From: a virus
IMG/VR virus record: IMGVR_UViG_3300046168_000085
Coordinates: 16,389 to 80,388 of that record
Direction: 5' to 3' (one strand)
DNA length: 64,000 bases
Part shown: positions 9,359-19,203 of the stretch, piece by piece
Layout of the letters: each line of letters starts with the position of its first letter
Position numbering within the stretch: position 1 is the stretch's first letter
Translations under genes and position numbers: made by a program
The notes under the pieces: model-generated
The model's input: the letters and a program-made list of their open reading frames with translations, nothing else
Databases searched by the model: none
Told to the model about the DNA's origin: nothing

Positions 9359-9627
9359 TCACGCAGTATCACGCATTTTTTTGGCAATGTCAATGATGAT
9401 ATCTTTACTTTTTACAGAAAATCCTAGTTCAGATATAACCTCATCCATTTCTTCGTCTGTTAGATCAAAATCTTCCATTTACTTGAATTGGTAACTACCG
9501 AAGATGCAAGGTCTTGGTCTATTTCACCAAGAACCGTTAATATTAAATTCACTTCAGATGCATATTCATCAATTTTATCATCAGCATCGAGTTCAAAATC
9601 AAATTCTTCTTCTTTCTTTTTTGCCAT
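9359..9627 (-). CDS. Small acidic protein missed by the ORF track (one indel near 9480), weak acyl-carrier-protein-like pattern
   Basis: Hand reconstruction: MAKKEEEFDFELDADDKIDEYASEVNLILTVLGEIDQDLASSVVTNSSK/MEDFDLTDEEMDEVISELGFSVKSKDIIIDIAKKMRDTA. Confidence 0.5.
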
Positions 9628-9684
9628 TGTTCATATAACTACCACCTTTTTGAAAAAAAAATTAAAGTTCTTTGAAAAAAGTAC

Positions 9685-9712
9685 AAAAAAAAGACCTCCT
9701 TACGGAAGTCTT
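9685..9712 (-). terminator. Rho-independent terminator after the outer-membrane protein gene
   Basis: AAGACTTCC-GTAA-GGAGGTCTT followed by a T run on the minus strand. Confidence 0.75.
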
Positions 9713-9767
9713 AAAACTCTAATAATAAAGTTTTAGGTGTAAAAACACCTCCTTTCGGTTTTTTAAG

Positions 9768-10442
9768 TTAGAAGGAAAGTGATAATCCAACCGAAAATAC
9801 GGTTTCAGAATCACTTCCTGCGTTATCATTGTCAACAAGGGCAATGCCTGCGAATGTATCCGCACCTCCAAGAGAGGAAGTCACCGTAGCACCTACACTA
9901 TAATATGTGTAGTCAGCAGCGGCATCGACAGAACCCAATGAACCATCAAGAGTCAAACCAAACTGCTCTGAAAGAGAGATTGAGTGACCCACCGATAATT
10001 CTGCTACATCCGAATCATTATCTGAATCGATTGCATACAAAACACTTGGATTGAGGATAGTTTCAACGGACAAACCAAATCCGATTTCATCAGCACTTGT
10101 AGCACTTTGATAATCGTAATTAGTATATCCGACACTCAAATCAACCTTGCCAAGATCATAACCCAAAGAAACTCCACTACGAAGTTCGTTGGTTTGACCT
10201 GCTTCCAACGCATTAAAAGAATCAATGGATACTCCCAAAGATACTTTTTCAGAAACTGAAGTGGAAAGACCGAGAGAAGCACCAAGAGTGTCATCTGCTT
10301 GCTTTACACCACGGAATGTACGTGTGTCTGTATAAGAAACTCCAGCTTTACCTGTAAGTTCCCCTGCGTTAACGGTTTGATATGCGAAAAACCCTCCACC
10401 AAGAACGGCGACGGTTGCGATTATTTTAACTAATGTTTTCAT
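9768..10442 (-). CDS. Outer-membrane beta-barrel protein (TIGR02001/TorF-like putative porin)
   Basis: Signal peptide, alternating amphipathic beta-strands, early Y-x-D-x-R-x-F-R-G motif, C-terminal VFSVGLSLSF (BAM-type signal). Confidence 0.8.
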   Translation of the reverse strand: MKTLVKIIATVAVLGGGFFAYQTVNAGELTGKAGVSYTDTRTFRGVKQADDTLGASLGLSTSVSEKVSLGVSIDSFNALEAGQTNELRSGVSLGYDLGKVDLSVGYTNYDYQSATSADEIGFGLSVETILNPSVLYAIDSDNDSDVAELSVGHSISLSEQFGLTLDGSLGSVDAAADYTYYSVGATVTSSLGGADTFAGIALVDNDNAGSDSETVFSVGLSLSF

Positions 10443-10481
10443 AATGAGATATTATTATGACAGATTTAACAAATATGTCAA

Positions 10482-10688
10482 CTACTTTTCTTTTAAAAAT
10501 TTTATGACTTTGTTTCTAAAATCCACATCATTTGCAATCCTATATTTTATTTTTTGCTCTATTAGTTTATCTTCGTGTTGAATCTTTTTCATAATTTCAA
10601 TTTTTTTAGATTCTGTTTCTAATATAACAAATGTAAAAAATAGTAATTCCAAAAGTAATAAAAAGTACTGTTTGGATTGATAGAACAT
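10482..10688 (-). CDS. Small hypothetical membrane protein
   Basis: ORF track; N-terminal hydrophobic segment. Confidence 0.4.
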   Translation of the reverse strand: MFYQSKQYFLLLLELLFFTFVILETESKKIEIMKKIQHEDKLIEQKIKYRIANDVDFRNKVIKFLKEK

Positions 10689-10704
10689 ATTGATAATTAG
10701 TTAT

Positions 10705-11977
10705 TTATTGTTTTTTTTGAAAGTCGTATAAATTTTCTAATTTAAGAATATTGCTTAGTTCATTTAAAGCATTTCTACATTTTAATATAAACGAAGGCAC
10801 AAATATGTCATCGTAAATTAAATTACCAACATAATACTTTTTAATCCATATTTTTAAATTATTATACAAATCTTCTGTAAAAACAACTCCAGTGTGAATG
10901 TTATTAAATTCAGTTTCATTCATAGATACTCTTAATCTTAAACACGCCGGACCACCTCCGTTCCATAAACTTTGCTCTAAATTTACATAACGAACCTTTC
11001 GTATATCATTTGTTTCTTCCGATGATGCTTTGTAGGTATTTGCGTACCAATGGACTTCTACGACATCGTATGGGTGCTATCAGCATATGCCCATCTTTAT
11101 ATTCAACTAACTGACTATTAAACAAATATGTTTCAACTGCAACATCAAGTGGTATCTCTGATTCAGTTATCCGTAGAAGATTTAGTTTCCCATTAAAAGA
11201 GTCCTGAAGTTTTGTAATAGTTTCTGCTTCCTCTGCTAATGCATTTTCGTGGTAAACGTACAAATTTTTATTTCCGACTCCAATTACATCGTGGTGAAAT
11301 ACACCAGCATCTATGCTTTCCGCAGATTGTTGTGCGAATACTGCATTCTTGATTTGCATAATTTCCGCAACTTTTTTGGATGCTTCTAATGTTTGCCGTG
11401 CAGGATATTTTGACGGAGTTTCTTCTGACGAATTATTTGAACGACCATACACAAAGAAATGTAATCCTTCTTCTTCATACGAATTGCAGAATCGTGTGTG
11501 ATTGGCTGCACCTTCATCGTCCAACTCTCCATCACTATTCAAAGGAGAATGAATTAAAAATTTAGAGGTATCGTTGAAAATTTTATTTAATGTGATGTAA
11601 GTTTGAGGTGCTTCAATTCTACGATGATGTGTGAAATTCAAATTTGCAGTCAATAAATTTAACTTCCCATTCTCGGAATCTGTACTTGGTACGACAGTAG
11701 ACGAATTAGCAACCCACATACTGCTTGCAGATGAATTGATTGCCATATTATCATAATCTTCATAGTCGTTGATTAAAGGTCTTTCTTGTGGTGGTATAAT
11801 TGCTTGTTTATGCCCCAAATCAAACATCAACTTCATTTTGTCTAAACCTTGCAATGCAGCTTCCCGTGGATTGCTCGGCTTGCTTTTGTTCGTTGCCGAG
11901 TGTACATTTCCGTTAGCAAGACCAGCATAATTGTGAGTTGGTCCAACCAACCCATCAAAGTTTACTTCAAACGACAT
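10705..11977 (-). CDS. astB: N-succinylarginine dihydrolase (indel near 11010 joins the listed ORFs)
   Basis: EVNFDGLVGPTHNYAGL, SSASSMWVAN, DEGAANH, AGVFH; hand-read gap gives SLWNGGGPACLRLRV leading in frame into 10705..10923. Confidence 0.93.
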
Positions 11978-11983
11978 GGTATT

Positions 11984-12012
11984 ATTATAGATTACTTAAT
12001 CTTACCAGTCAA
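11984..12012 (-). promoter_or_regulatory. Near-consensus sigma70 promoter for astB (leaderless geometry)
   Basis: TTGACT-N17-TATAAT, then 6 nt, then ATG at 11977. Confidence 0.8.
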
Positions 12013-12300
12013 CCATTCAAACATCATTCTCCAATCTGCCATCTTAGCATATATTGGATTGCTTGACAAAAACGCAGGCATATTACCTTCAAAAAGAAGA
12101 TGACCCACAACCGCAAGTGGATAAACCACAAACGGAGTTAACAACAACCACCATAAACTAAGATTGAAAACGAACACGGATACAACAAATGCAATCGTTG
12201 CGACGTTTCCAAGCAAATGAAAAAACTTATTGATTGGTTTTGTGTGCTTACTCAGATAAAACTGATAGTATTCTTCAAAACTTTCAAACTTTTTTCCCAT
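11992..12300 (-). CDS. DUF962 / Mpo1-like membrane protein
   Basis: FESFEEYYQFYLSKHTKPINKFFHLLG...GHLLFEGNMPA...D-W-R-M family pattern. Confidence 0.85.
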   Translation of the reverse strand: MGKKFESFEEYYQFYLSKHTKPINKFFHLLGNVATIAFVVSVFVFNLSLWWLLLTPFVVYPLAVVGHLLFEGNMPAFLSSNPIYAKMADWRMMFEWLTGKIK

Positions 12301-12336
12301 ATCAATAAATATGGTATATATGAGTTTTTATAATAA

Positions 12337-12579
12337 TTACTTCTTCGCAACTTCTACATCAACCGAGTGCCAAGATTTTTCACACCCAACACTTTTACAA
12401 GCCTTTTTAATTGCTTCCGCAGTTCCTCTTGCTTTTACAGTTTCGGTGTGTCCTTTTTTGATGTCAACACCATCCACTTTTGCACTTTTGGTGAATTTTA
12501 CTTCCCAATTGCTGAATGCTTCATTTAAAAAGTTTTGAATTTCTTCACGGATGATTGATTGTAGTTCTGTTTTCTTCAT
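12337..12579 (-). CDS. Hypothetical phage protein with IIREE...LNE N-terminus
   Basis: ORF track; ATACTTATA motif upstream. Confidence 0.6.
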   Translation of the reverse strand: MKKTELQSIIREEIQNFLNEAFSNWEVKFTKSAKVDGVDIKKGHTETVKARGTAEAIKKACKSVGCEKSWHSVDVEVAKK

Positions 12580-12602
12580 AACAATATATAAGTATTATCC
12601 AC

Positions 12603-13601
12603 TTACAGAAAATATATACGAACTTTGTCGTTAATGTTTAGTTGTAATTTTTTTATGCTTTCTGCATCTACATGGATTTCTTGATTATCCCAATATTCTG
12701 CTTTTCCACGACAACAACGAAATGGTTCGTATGTTGCAATTAAAGTATCTTTTGGGTCTTCCACGAAATTCCCTGTTAATTTACCCACCTTGCTTCTTTT
12801 AATCGCACGAATGTTTTCAGTTTCACACGAATAAGTTGGTCCTGCTTCAAAAATATCAATCTCTCCGTTGAACTTGAAGTTCTGTTTCTGTAACATTCCC
12901 TTTGCAGGTTCCGTATTTTTGTGGACTTTACCAAGAACATCACGAACGTGTTTCGGAAGAAGATTAACGTAAATAGGATGACTCGGCATAAGGTCTTCTA
13001 TAAACTGCTTGTTTTTCATACTAAGATAATCTGCATTGGTATAATCTATCTTTAGAAAATGCTTCATACAATATTCGTAAAATGGTGAATGACCTCTTGT
13101 TGTTACAACACCACGCATTTCTGCGATTACTTCATTTTCAAAACGATCAAGATATTCTGCAATAAAAAGAAATCGTGAATAACTCAACAACTTTCCGTTT
13201 CCTTTTCTTGCATTTGGAAGCAGATAAAGAGTTCCAATTTCAGTAGGACCGGAATGCTTTTTATCTAAACGCAATACTTCGTTTGAAGTTTTGATTTTAA
13301 GTTCCTTATTTTCGTGGACTTCAGTATCTGTTACATATGTGTAGAAAGGTTCAAATCCACCAACTTTGCTGATGATACCGCAGATGCCTACTAACTCGTT
13401 GTTGTTTTCCATAACAAACAAATAACTTTCACCTTCAGGAGAATCCACCGATTTCTCAAATGAATATAATGTATGCTCAAGTCGTTTTTGAAGCAGAGAT
13501 TTATCGTTCTGCAAAGTTGTTATACCAGTTCCTGCTTTTTTTGCAAGTTTTTGCAGTCCACTTAAATCATTCTTATTTATCTGCCGAACGATCATAATCA
13601 A
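12603..13601 (-). CDS. astA: Arginine N-succinyltransferase
   Basis: GITTL, PEGESYLFVME, GPTEIGTLYL, GKLLSYSRFLFIA, IAEMRGV, HPIYVNLLP, IDIFEAGP. Confidence 0.95.
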   Translation of the reverse strand: MIMIVRQINKNDLSGLQKLAKKAGTGITTLQNDKSLLQKRLEHTLYSFEKSVDSPEGESYLFVMENNNELVGICGIISKVGGFEPFYTYVTDTEVHENKELKIKTSNEVLRLDKKHSGPTEIGTLYLLPNARKGNGKLLSYSRFLFIAEYLDRFENEVIAEMRGVVTTRGHSPFYEYCMKHFLKIDYTNADYLSMKNKQFIEDLMPSHPIYVNLLPKHVRDVLGKVHKNTEPAKGMLQKQNFKFNGEIDIFEAGPTYSCETENIRAIKRSKVGKLTGNFVEDPKDTLIATYEPFRCCRGKAEYWDNQEIHVDAESIKKLQLNINDKVRIYFL

Positions 13602-14955
13602 ACTGAATTAAGGTATCAAGAGTAATTTTAACAACTTCATCAATATCTTTTTTACTCATTACAGGTGTCGGAAAAAGAAAACGAACCTTCGTTGGATTTT
13701 TTCCTGCAATGAACGAAATCACTCCGTTTTTAAATAATTCGTGGACAAACTTCATTGTGACATCAGGAGACCCATCAAACACTTGAAATGCAAACATTGC
13801 ACCGATACCTCCAATGTTTGAAACAAACTCAGAGTTTTTTAATCCACTTTCAAACAAATTAAAGTATTTGTGATTCTTGCCGATTTTATACAACTCAGGA
13901 CCTGTTTTGCTTTTCTTGTCGTAAAACTTACCTTTAAGAATCTCTGTCAATACTACATCGGCTGCGAACAACGATGAAGTTGCTCCTGTGAAAGTTTGCG
14001 ACACCAACCCTGGTCTTGGTTTGACATCTTCTTTGAAAATCGTTGCACATACTTGTGTGCTTTTTCCTACACAAACCAAATCAACATATTCATCTAATTC
14101 AAACATTTGAAATGCGAATGGTTTATATGTTCTTGCAAAACTTTGTACTTCATCTACAAAGAAAAGTATATCGTGCTTTTTAAGACATTTTGCAATATCT
14201 TGAAGAATCTTTTTATCTCCAACATTGAATCCACCTTCTCCTTGAATAAGTTCTGCAACCATACACGAATGTTTACCAGGATGTCTTGCAATATGCTTTT
14301 CAAGATGCTTTACTGCTGATTCTGCATTAAACGGAATATAATCAACTTTAAGTGTATCAGGTAATCCTTCACGATAATATGGTTTATCTGTGATTTGTGA
14401 AACACCTGTTGTTCTTCCGTGGAAACAATTTGCAAATGCAAGAATACGATCAGCAGGAAACTTTTTTTGAAATGCCATCTTGATTCCGTTTTCAACTGCC
14501 ATTGCTCCACTTGTTGTTAAAAATACATGATCAAGTTTTGCTCCATGTAAATTTGCAACTTGTTTGAACTTTTCCATTACAACCAACGATTCTTCGTTTT
14601 GCTGAAGATTGCCTTGCATAACACAATCACTAAACGCAGAATTTAATGATGCTTCTACAATCTTCTCGTTTCCGTGTCCAAAATAATTTACACCAATTCC
14701 ACCTATCATGTCGTATTTAACTGATCCATCGGTAAGTTCTACTAATGCACCATATCCTTTTCCTGTTCCGACATAAGGAAATACCAATCCACCACCACGA
14801 ACATTTTTAAATCGTTCTAGTAGTTCTTCGGTGATTTCTTTAGGTGCAGTTGGTGGTGTGTGTTTTAGTTTTTTTACGGACTTAATATATTCTTTTAATA
14901 AAATTTGTTTTGCATCATTTGTTGTTTTGTCTGTAAAAAAATCGTTGTACCACAT
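13573..14955 (-). CDS. astC: Class III PLP aminotransferase, succinylornithine transaminase (AstC) role inferred from context
   Basis: SGAMAVE, FHGRT, ELIQGEGG, DEVQS, PLP lysine in VGKS; lies inside the ast cluster. Confidence 0.75.
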   Translation of the reverse strand: MWYNDFFTDKTTNDAKQILLKEYIKSVKKLKHTPPTAPKEITEELLERFKNVRGGGLVFPYVGTGKGYGALVELTDGSVKYDMIGGIGVNYFGHGNEKIVEASLNSAFSDCVMQGNLQQNEESLVVMEKFKQVANLHGAKLDHVFLTTSGAMAVENGIKMAFQKKFPADRILAFANCFHGRTTGVSQITDKPYYREGLPDTLKVDYIPFNAESAVKHLEKHIARHPGKHSCMVAELIQGEGGFNVGDKKILQDIAKCLKKHDILFFVDEVQSFARTYKPFAFQMFELDEYVDLVCVGKSTQVCATIFKEDVKPRPGLVSQTFTGATSSLFAADVVLTEILKGKFYDKKSKTGPELYKIGKNHKYFNLFESGLKNSEFVSNIGGIGAMFAFQVFDGSPDVTMKFVHELFKNGVISFIAGKNPTKVRFLFPTPVMSKKDIDEVVKITLDTLIQFDYDRSADK

Positions 14956-14959
14956 AATA

Positions 14960-16150
14960 TTACTCCTTTGTTATATTATATAAATATAACGCAGATAACT
15001 TTGTTCGTTCTTTTAACGAATCAATGAAAATCATTTCATCACGACTATGCATTCCATTTCCAACAGGACCAAGTGAATCCATATTAGGCAATCCATATCC
15101 GTTTAGTTTGTTTCCATCACTTGCTCCTCCACTCATAATCAACTTTAGTTTGTTCATTCCAAGTTGCTTCGCACATTTTTGAAGATGCTCGGTTATTTTC
15201 TTTGCTTCTTTGGTGTATGGTTTTGGAGGACTTGTAAATTTTCCGTGAAGTTCTGTACCTGGATACTTCTTACGCATATCACGATAAAAATTTTGCAGAC
15301 GATGTTCAAACTCAGTTCTTTGTTTTTTGGTGACAACTCTGCAATTGAATCTGCATATTGCTAAATCAGGAACAACATTTGACGGACCACCTCCTTCTAC
15401 TTTACCTAAATTGATCGTCATTCCTTCATTGATTGTCATCATAGTCTTTGACCAATTTATGAAATCAGCAACTCCGTAAAACGCATTTAATCCATCGTGA
15501 AAGCAACGGCCTGCGTGTGCAGATACTCCTCGGAATACCATTGTATAACTTCCTACTCCTTTACGTGATTTAACGATGCTTCCGTCAGGTAACGCAGGTT
15601 CATACAACAATCCAATATCATTGTTTCTTGCGGAAGTTTCTAAATAAGAAGAAGATGCAATGCTTCCAACTTCCTCATCTGGTAAAATTAATACTTCCCA
15701 ACCAACTTTATTTTTAATATCACTATTTTCGTATGCAAGCAAAGCATACAACATAGTCATTAAACCACCTTTCATATCAAGTACTCCAGGACCCATCATT
15801 TTGTTTCCGTTTATTGTAACTTTCTGAAAATCATGGTCTTTCGGATATACGGTGTCATAATGTCCACACAATAAAATTCGTGTTTCAGCAGTTTGTCGTT
15901 TACGCAAACGAAGAACTTTTCCGTGATTTAATTGTTTTATTTCTCCGTTGGAATTTATTGAATCAATTGGAGATAACTCGTATTGATTAATTTCATCTGG
16001 TTCAAGTTCTGAAAACATTTCTTGAAGTTGATCAATTGCGACATCAAGATTTTTTAAATTATAGGTATGAGTATTAAGATTTGAAAACGACTCAAGACGA
16101 TCAAGCATTTCATCAAACCTATCGTCTATTAAACTTAGGTAGTTGTTCAT
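14960..16150 (-). CDS. M20 metallohydrolase, candidate non-orthologous succinylglutamate desuccinylase
   Basis: GHYDTV, GPGVLDMKGG, DEEVGS, GGASDGN, GMHS motifs; sits between astD and astC and no AstE-family gene is seen. Confidence 0.8.
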   Translation of the reverse strand: MNNYLSLIDDRFDEMLDRLESFSNLNTHTYNLKNLDVAIDQLQEMFSELEPDEINQYELSPIDSINSNGEIKQLNHGKVLRLRKRQTAETRILLCGHYDTVYPKDHDFQKVTINGNKMMGPGVLDMKGGLMTMLYALLAYENSDIKNKVGWEVLILPDEEVGSIASSSYLETSARNNDIGLLYEPALPDGSIVKSRKGVGSYTMVFRGVSAHAGRCFHDGLNAFYGVADFINWSKTMMTINEGMTINLGKVEGGGPSNVVPDLAICRFNCRVVTKKQRTEFEHRLQNFYRDMRKKYPGTELHGKFTSPPKPYTKEAKKITEHLQKCAKQLGMNKLKLIMSGGASDGNKLNGYGLPNMDSLGPVGNGMHSRDEMIFIDSLKERTKLSALYLYNITKE

Positions 16151-16167
16151 ACCTATAAGTATCAAAC

Positions 16168-17539
16168 TTACAGAGTAATACCAGGTAGCAGTTTGCTTGG
16201 AAGTTCAGGAACTTCAGTAAGATGTAAGGCAGTTGGGTGGCCGCAATGTTCAATAGTTGTATAACCACTTGGACGATTGCAACCACTCCAACCCATCCCA
16301 CCGAAAGGAACAACACTTGCACAACCCGTGGTAGGACGATTCCAATTTACTATTCCCGTTTTGAGTTCTGCTTCTGCTTTCCAAAATAAATTCTTGTTCT
16401 TGGTGATGACACCTGATACTAATCCGTACTTGGTGTCGTTTGCAATTTCTATTGCGTGTTCAAAAGTATTACTGCGAATAACTTGAAGCAACGGACCAAA
16501 ATATTCTTCGTCTGGTAAATTCTTTATATCAGTAACATCAATGATACCAGGTTCAACTAATCTACTTGATGTTCCATTAATTTGTTTAAATTCTTTTAAT
16601 ATAGTTCCACCTAAACTTACCAAATGTTTTTGAGCATCTAAAATTCCGTTGACTGCATTCACCGAAATCATTGGTCCCATAAAGGTTCTGGAGTCATCAG
16701 TATATTCTCCGATAACAAGTTTATCAGCTGCATCAATTAAATTACGAATTATACGATCACCTTCACACGCAGTTAATCCTTTGTTAACAATCAATCTTCG
16801 TGTACAAGTGCATCTCTGACCAGTAGAAATAAATGCAGATTGAAGAAGAATGTTTGTAGCAGTATTAAGACCACCTGCTTCTTCAACAATTGTTGCATTG
16901 TTTCCACCCATTTCCAATGCGACAATCTTTTCTGGGATAATCACTTAATGCTTTGTAAATGCTATGACCAACTTTTGTACTTCCTGTAAAAAACACTCCG
17001 TCTAACAACGAATTATCAATTACATCTGCTCCACTTCCTTCGCATAAAATTACCACGTCTTTTGGTATTCCTGCTTGATGTAAAAGTTCCACCATTTTTC
17101 GTCCTGTTTCAGGAGTCAATGAACTTGGTTTAAATACAACAGAATTCCCTGCGAGAAGCAAAGGAACGATGTGTCCGTTTGGAAGATGACCAGGAAAGTT
17201 GAATGGACCAATAACTGCAAAAACACCGAATGGTTTGAATCGTGCTTGTATTCCCATATCAGCATGAACTGATCGTAACGCATTAAGACGATCATTGTAA
17301 GATTCAAATGTTACATCAATTTTTCCGACCATTGCTCCAACTTCAGATTTGGAATCCCATAAAGGTTTTCCGTGTTCTTTTGATATGGTCTCGGCGATTA
17401 TATCAGAATTTGCTTCTAATAACTTTTTGTATTTTCTAAGAATACTTTTACGATGCTGAATTGTAGTTTTTCTCCAACTATCAAATCCTAGTTTGGCACT
17501 CTTGAATTTATCATTTATTTCGTTTTTGCTAAGTGCCAT
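16168..17539 (-). CDS. astD: Succinylglutamate semialdehyde dehydrogenase (indel near 16935)
   Basis: GPFNFPGHLPNGHIVP, FKPS, FTGS, ALEMGGNN, GQRCTC, EEYFGP, NWNRPTTG, PFGG. Confidence 0.92.
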
Positions 17540-18334
17540 TACTTATTATCCGTACTTTCAAAAATTTTATCGGCAGAACCTGCAATAAATCCGTCAAAAT
17601 TATTATGACGCAATGCAAATTCATAATAGCATCCAGGAATTTCAAATAATTGTCCCTCCTCTGAATCAAACTCAACGGATACATTTTCTGCCATAATACT
17701 TGATTGCTCTAGTCCTTGTTTAACTGAACCTTTTATTTCACCACCTGAATCATTTATTCTATATCCGTTTTCTTTCAAATATGAATTTACCTGTCCAAGA
17801 TTTTCAAACGAAGAACAATCTGTGACACTTATTGTAAAATGATTAACGATAAAACCAAATGTGGCCACCCAAAGCTGCATACTCACTTTCTTCTTTTAAA
17901 AAGTCATAAGTTTCTTTTGTAATCATGCCCCACGGAGTTCCACAATTACAGAAATCAAAAGCATCTAGTTGCTCGTTGGATATTTGGTTAACTAATCTGT
18001 CAATCGTATCTTGTAATTCTTGTGAAAATTCTTCTAATCTTAGTTCACTAATAAATACCCGTGTCAAATCATCATCAGAATGTAAATAATATGTTGCATC
18101 GAGTTTCTTTTTTTCAAATGCTAAGTCTTCAACTTCTGAATATCCACTCTTTACAAAAGATTTGGCAAGAACACTACGATTAATACGTGGATGATTGAAT
18201 GTTCTTAATGCAATATGATCATTCTTTACCGAAGTTCCTTCGTGTTGCTCAATGAGTTTTTTTACTTTAACAACTTGCGGATTTACACGTGAATACATAC
18301 TCCACATATCATCAAACAATTCTCGTATATTCAT
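17539..18334 (-). CDS. DUF1338 (HglS-like, VOC-fold) protein (indel near 17872)
   Basis: NDHIALRTF, VFISEL, ESEYAAW (restored), NHFTISV, GGEIKGS...LEQSS, YYEFALR, FIAGSADKIFEST. Confidence 0.85.
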
Positions 18335-18576
18335 AATAAATCTAACCTTTCATTTACCTTCTCAAGCATTTTTTCATAATTTATTCTGTTTGAACGGGTT
18401 GTCGTATCATCACCCCACTCGATACAATCTTCAAGTTGGTCTTTTAACCATCGTAACTCTTTTTTATTAAATGGAGTGGTTATACCGTTTACTTTAAATG
18501 TTTTCTGATGGATATCTTCTGGATTCTCCACACATTTTTTTAAAGTATTCCTCAAAGTCCATTTATTCTTCTTCAA
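18331..18576 (-). CDS. Hypothetical protein
   Basis: ORF track; 5' end uncertain. Confidence 0.4.
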   Translation of the reverse strand: MKKNKWTLRNTLKKCVENPEDIHQKTFKVNGITTPFNKKELRWLKDQLEDCIEWGDDTTTRSNRINYEKMLEKVNERLDLL

Positions 18577-19151
18577 CTCTTTCTACTTGCCAATTTTCTA
18601 ATTCAACTGGAGTTTCGCGACCAAATATGCTGACAAGCACTTTTAGTTTTTGATGCTCTGTATCAACTTCTGCCAATTGCTCCTTGTAGACCAACAAAAG
18701 GTCCATCTAAAATTGTAACTTGTTGACCTACATCATAATAAGACTTTGGAACTTCTTTATTTTGAAACTTTTGCTATATGATATTTGATCGTGTCAATTT
18801 CTTTGTTCTTAATTGAACGGGATTTTTTCCACCTATAAATCCAGTTACACCATTTATTGAGTAATAAAGTAGTATGCATCTGCGTTTAATTCGGTTGGAT
18901 TTTCTTCATCGAAAATATTCATACGCACAAAAAGATATCCTGGATATAATTTCCGTACACGTGCATTTTTTCTTACCTTGCTTAACCGTTGTAACAATTT
19001 CAGAAGGCATCAAAACCTCATAAAAATAATCTTTATGTTTAGGTTCAGTTTCCAAACCCTTTTCAATGAGGTTTTTTACTCTGTCTTCAAAATTGGATAA
19101 TACTTTTAAAGTATACCATTTATTTTTTTGTTCTGTTTGTAAAGTTTCCAT
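18563..19151 (-). CDS. nusG: Transcription elongation factor NusG (several indels)
   Basis: [34 protein letters not shown] region [33 protein letters not shown] read across frames. Confidence 0.85.
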
Positions 19152-19203
19152 AATTTGTTTAGGTAATAATATATACAAAAATATATATATTTACAAGCAC
19201 TTA

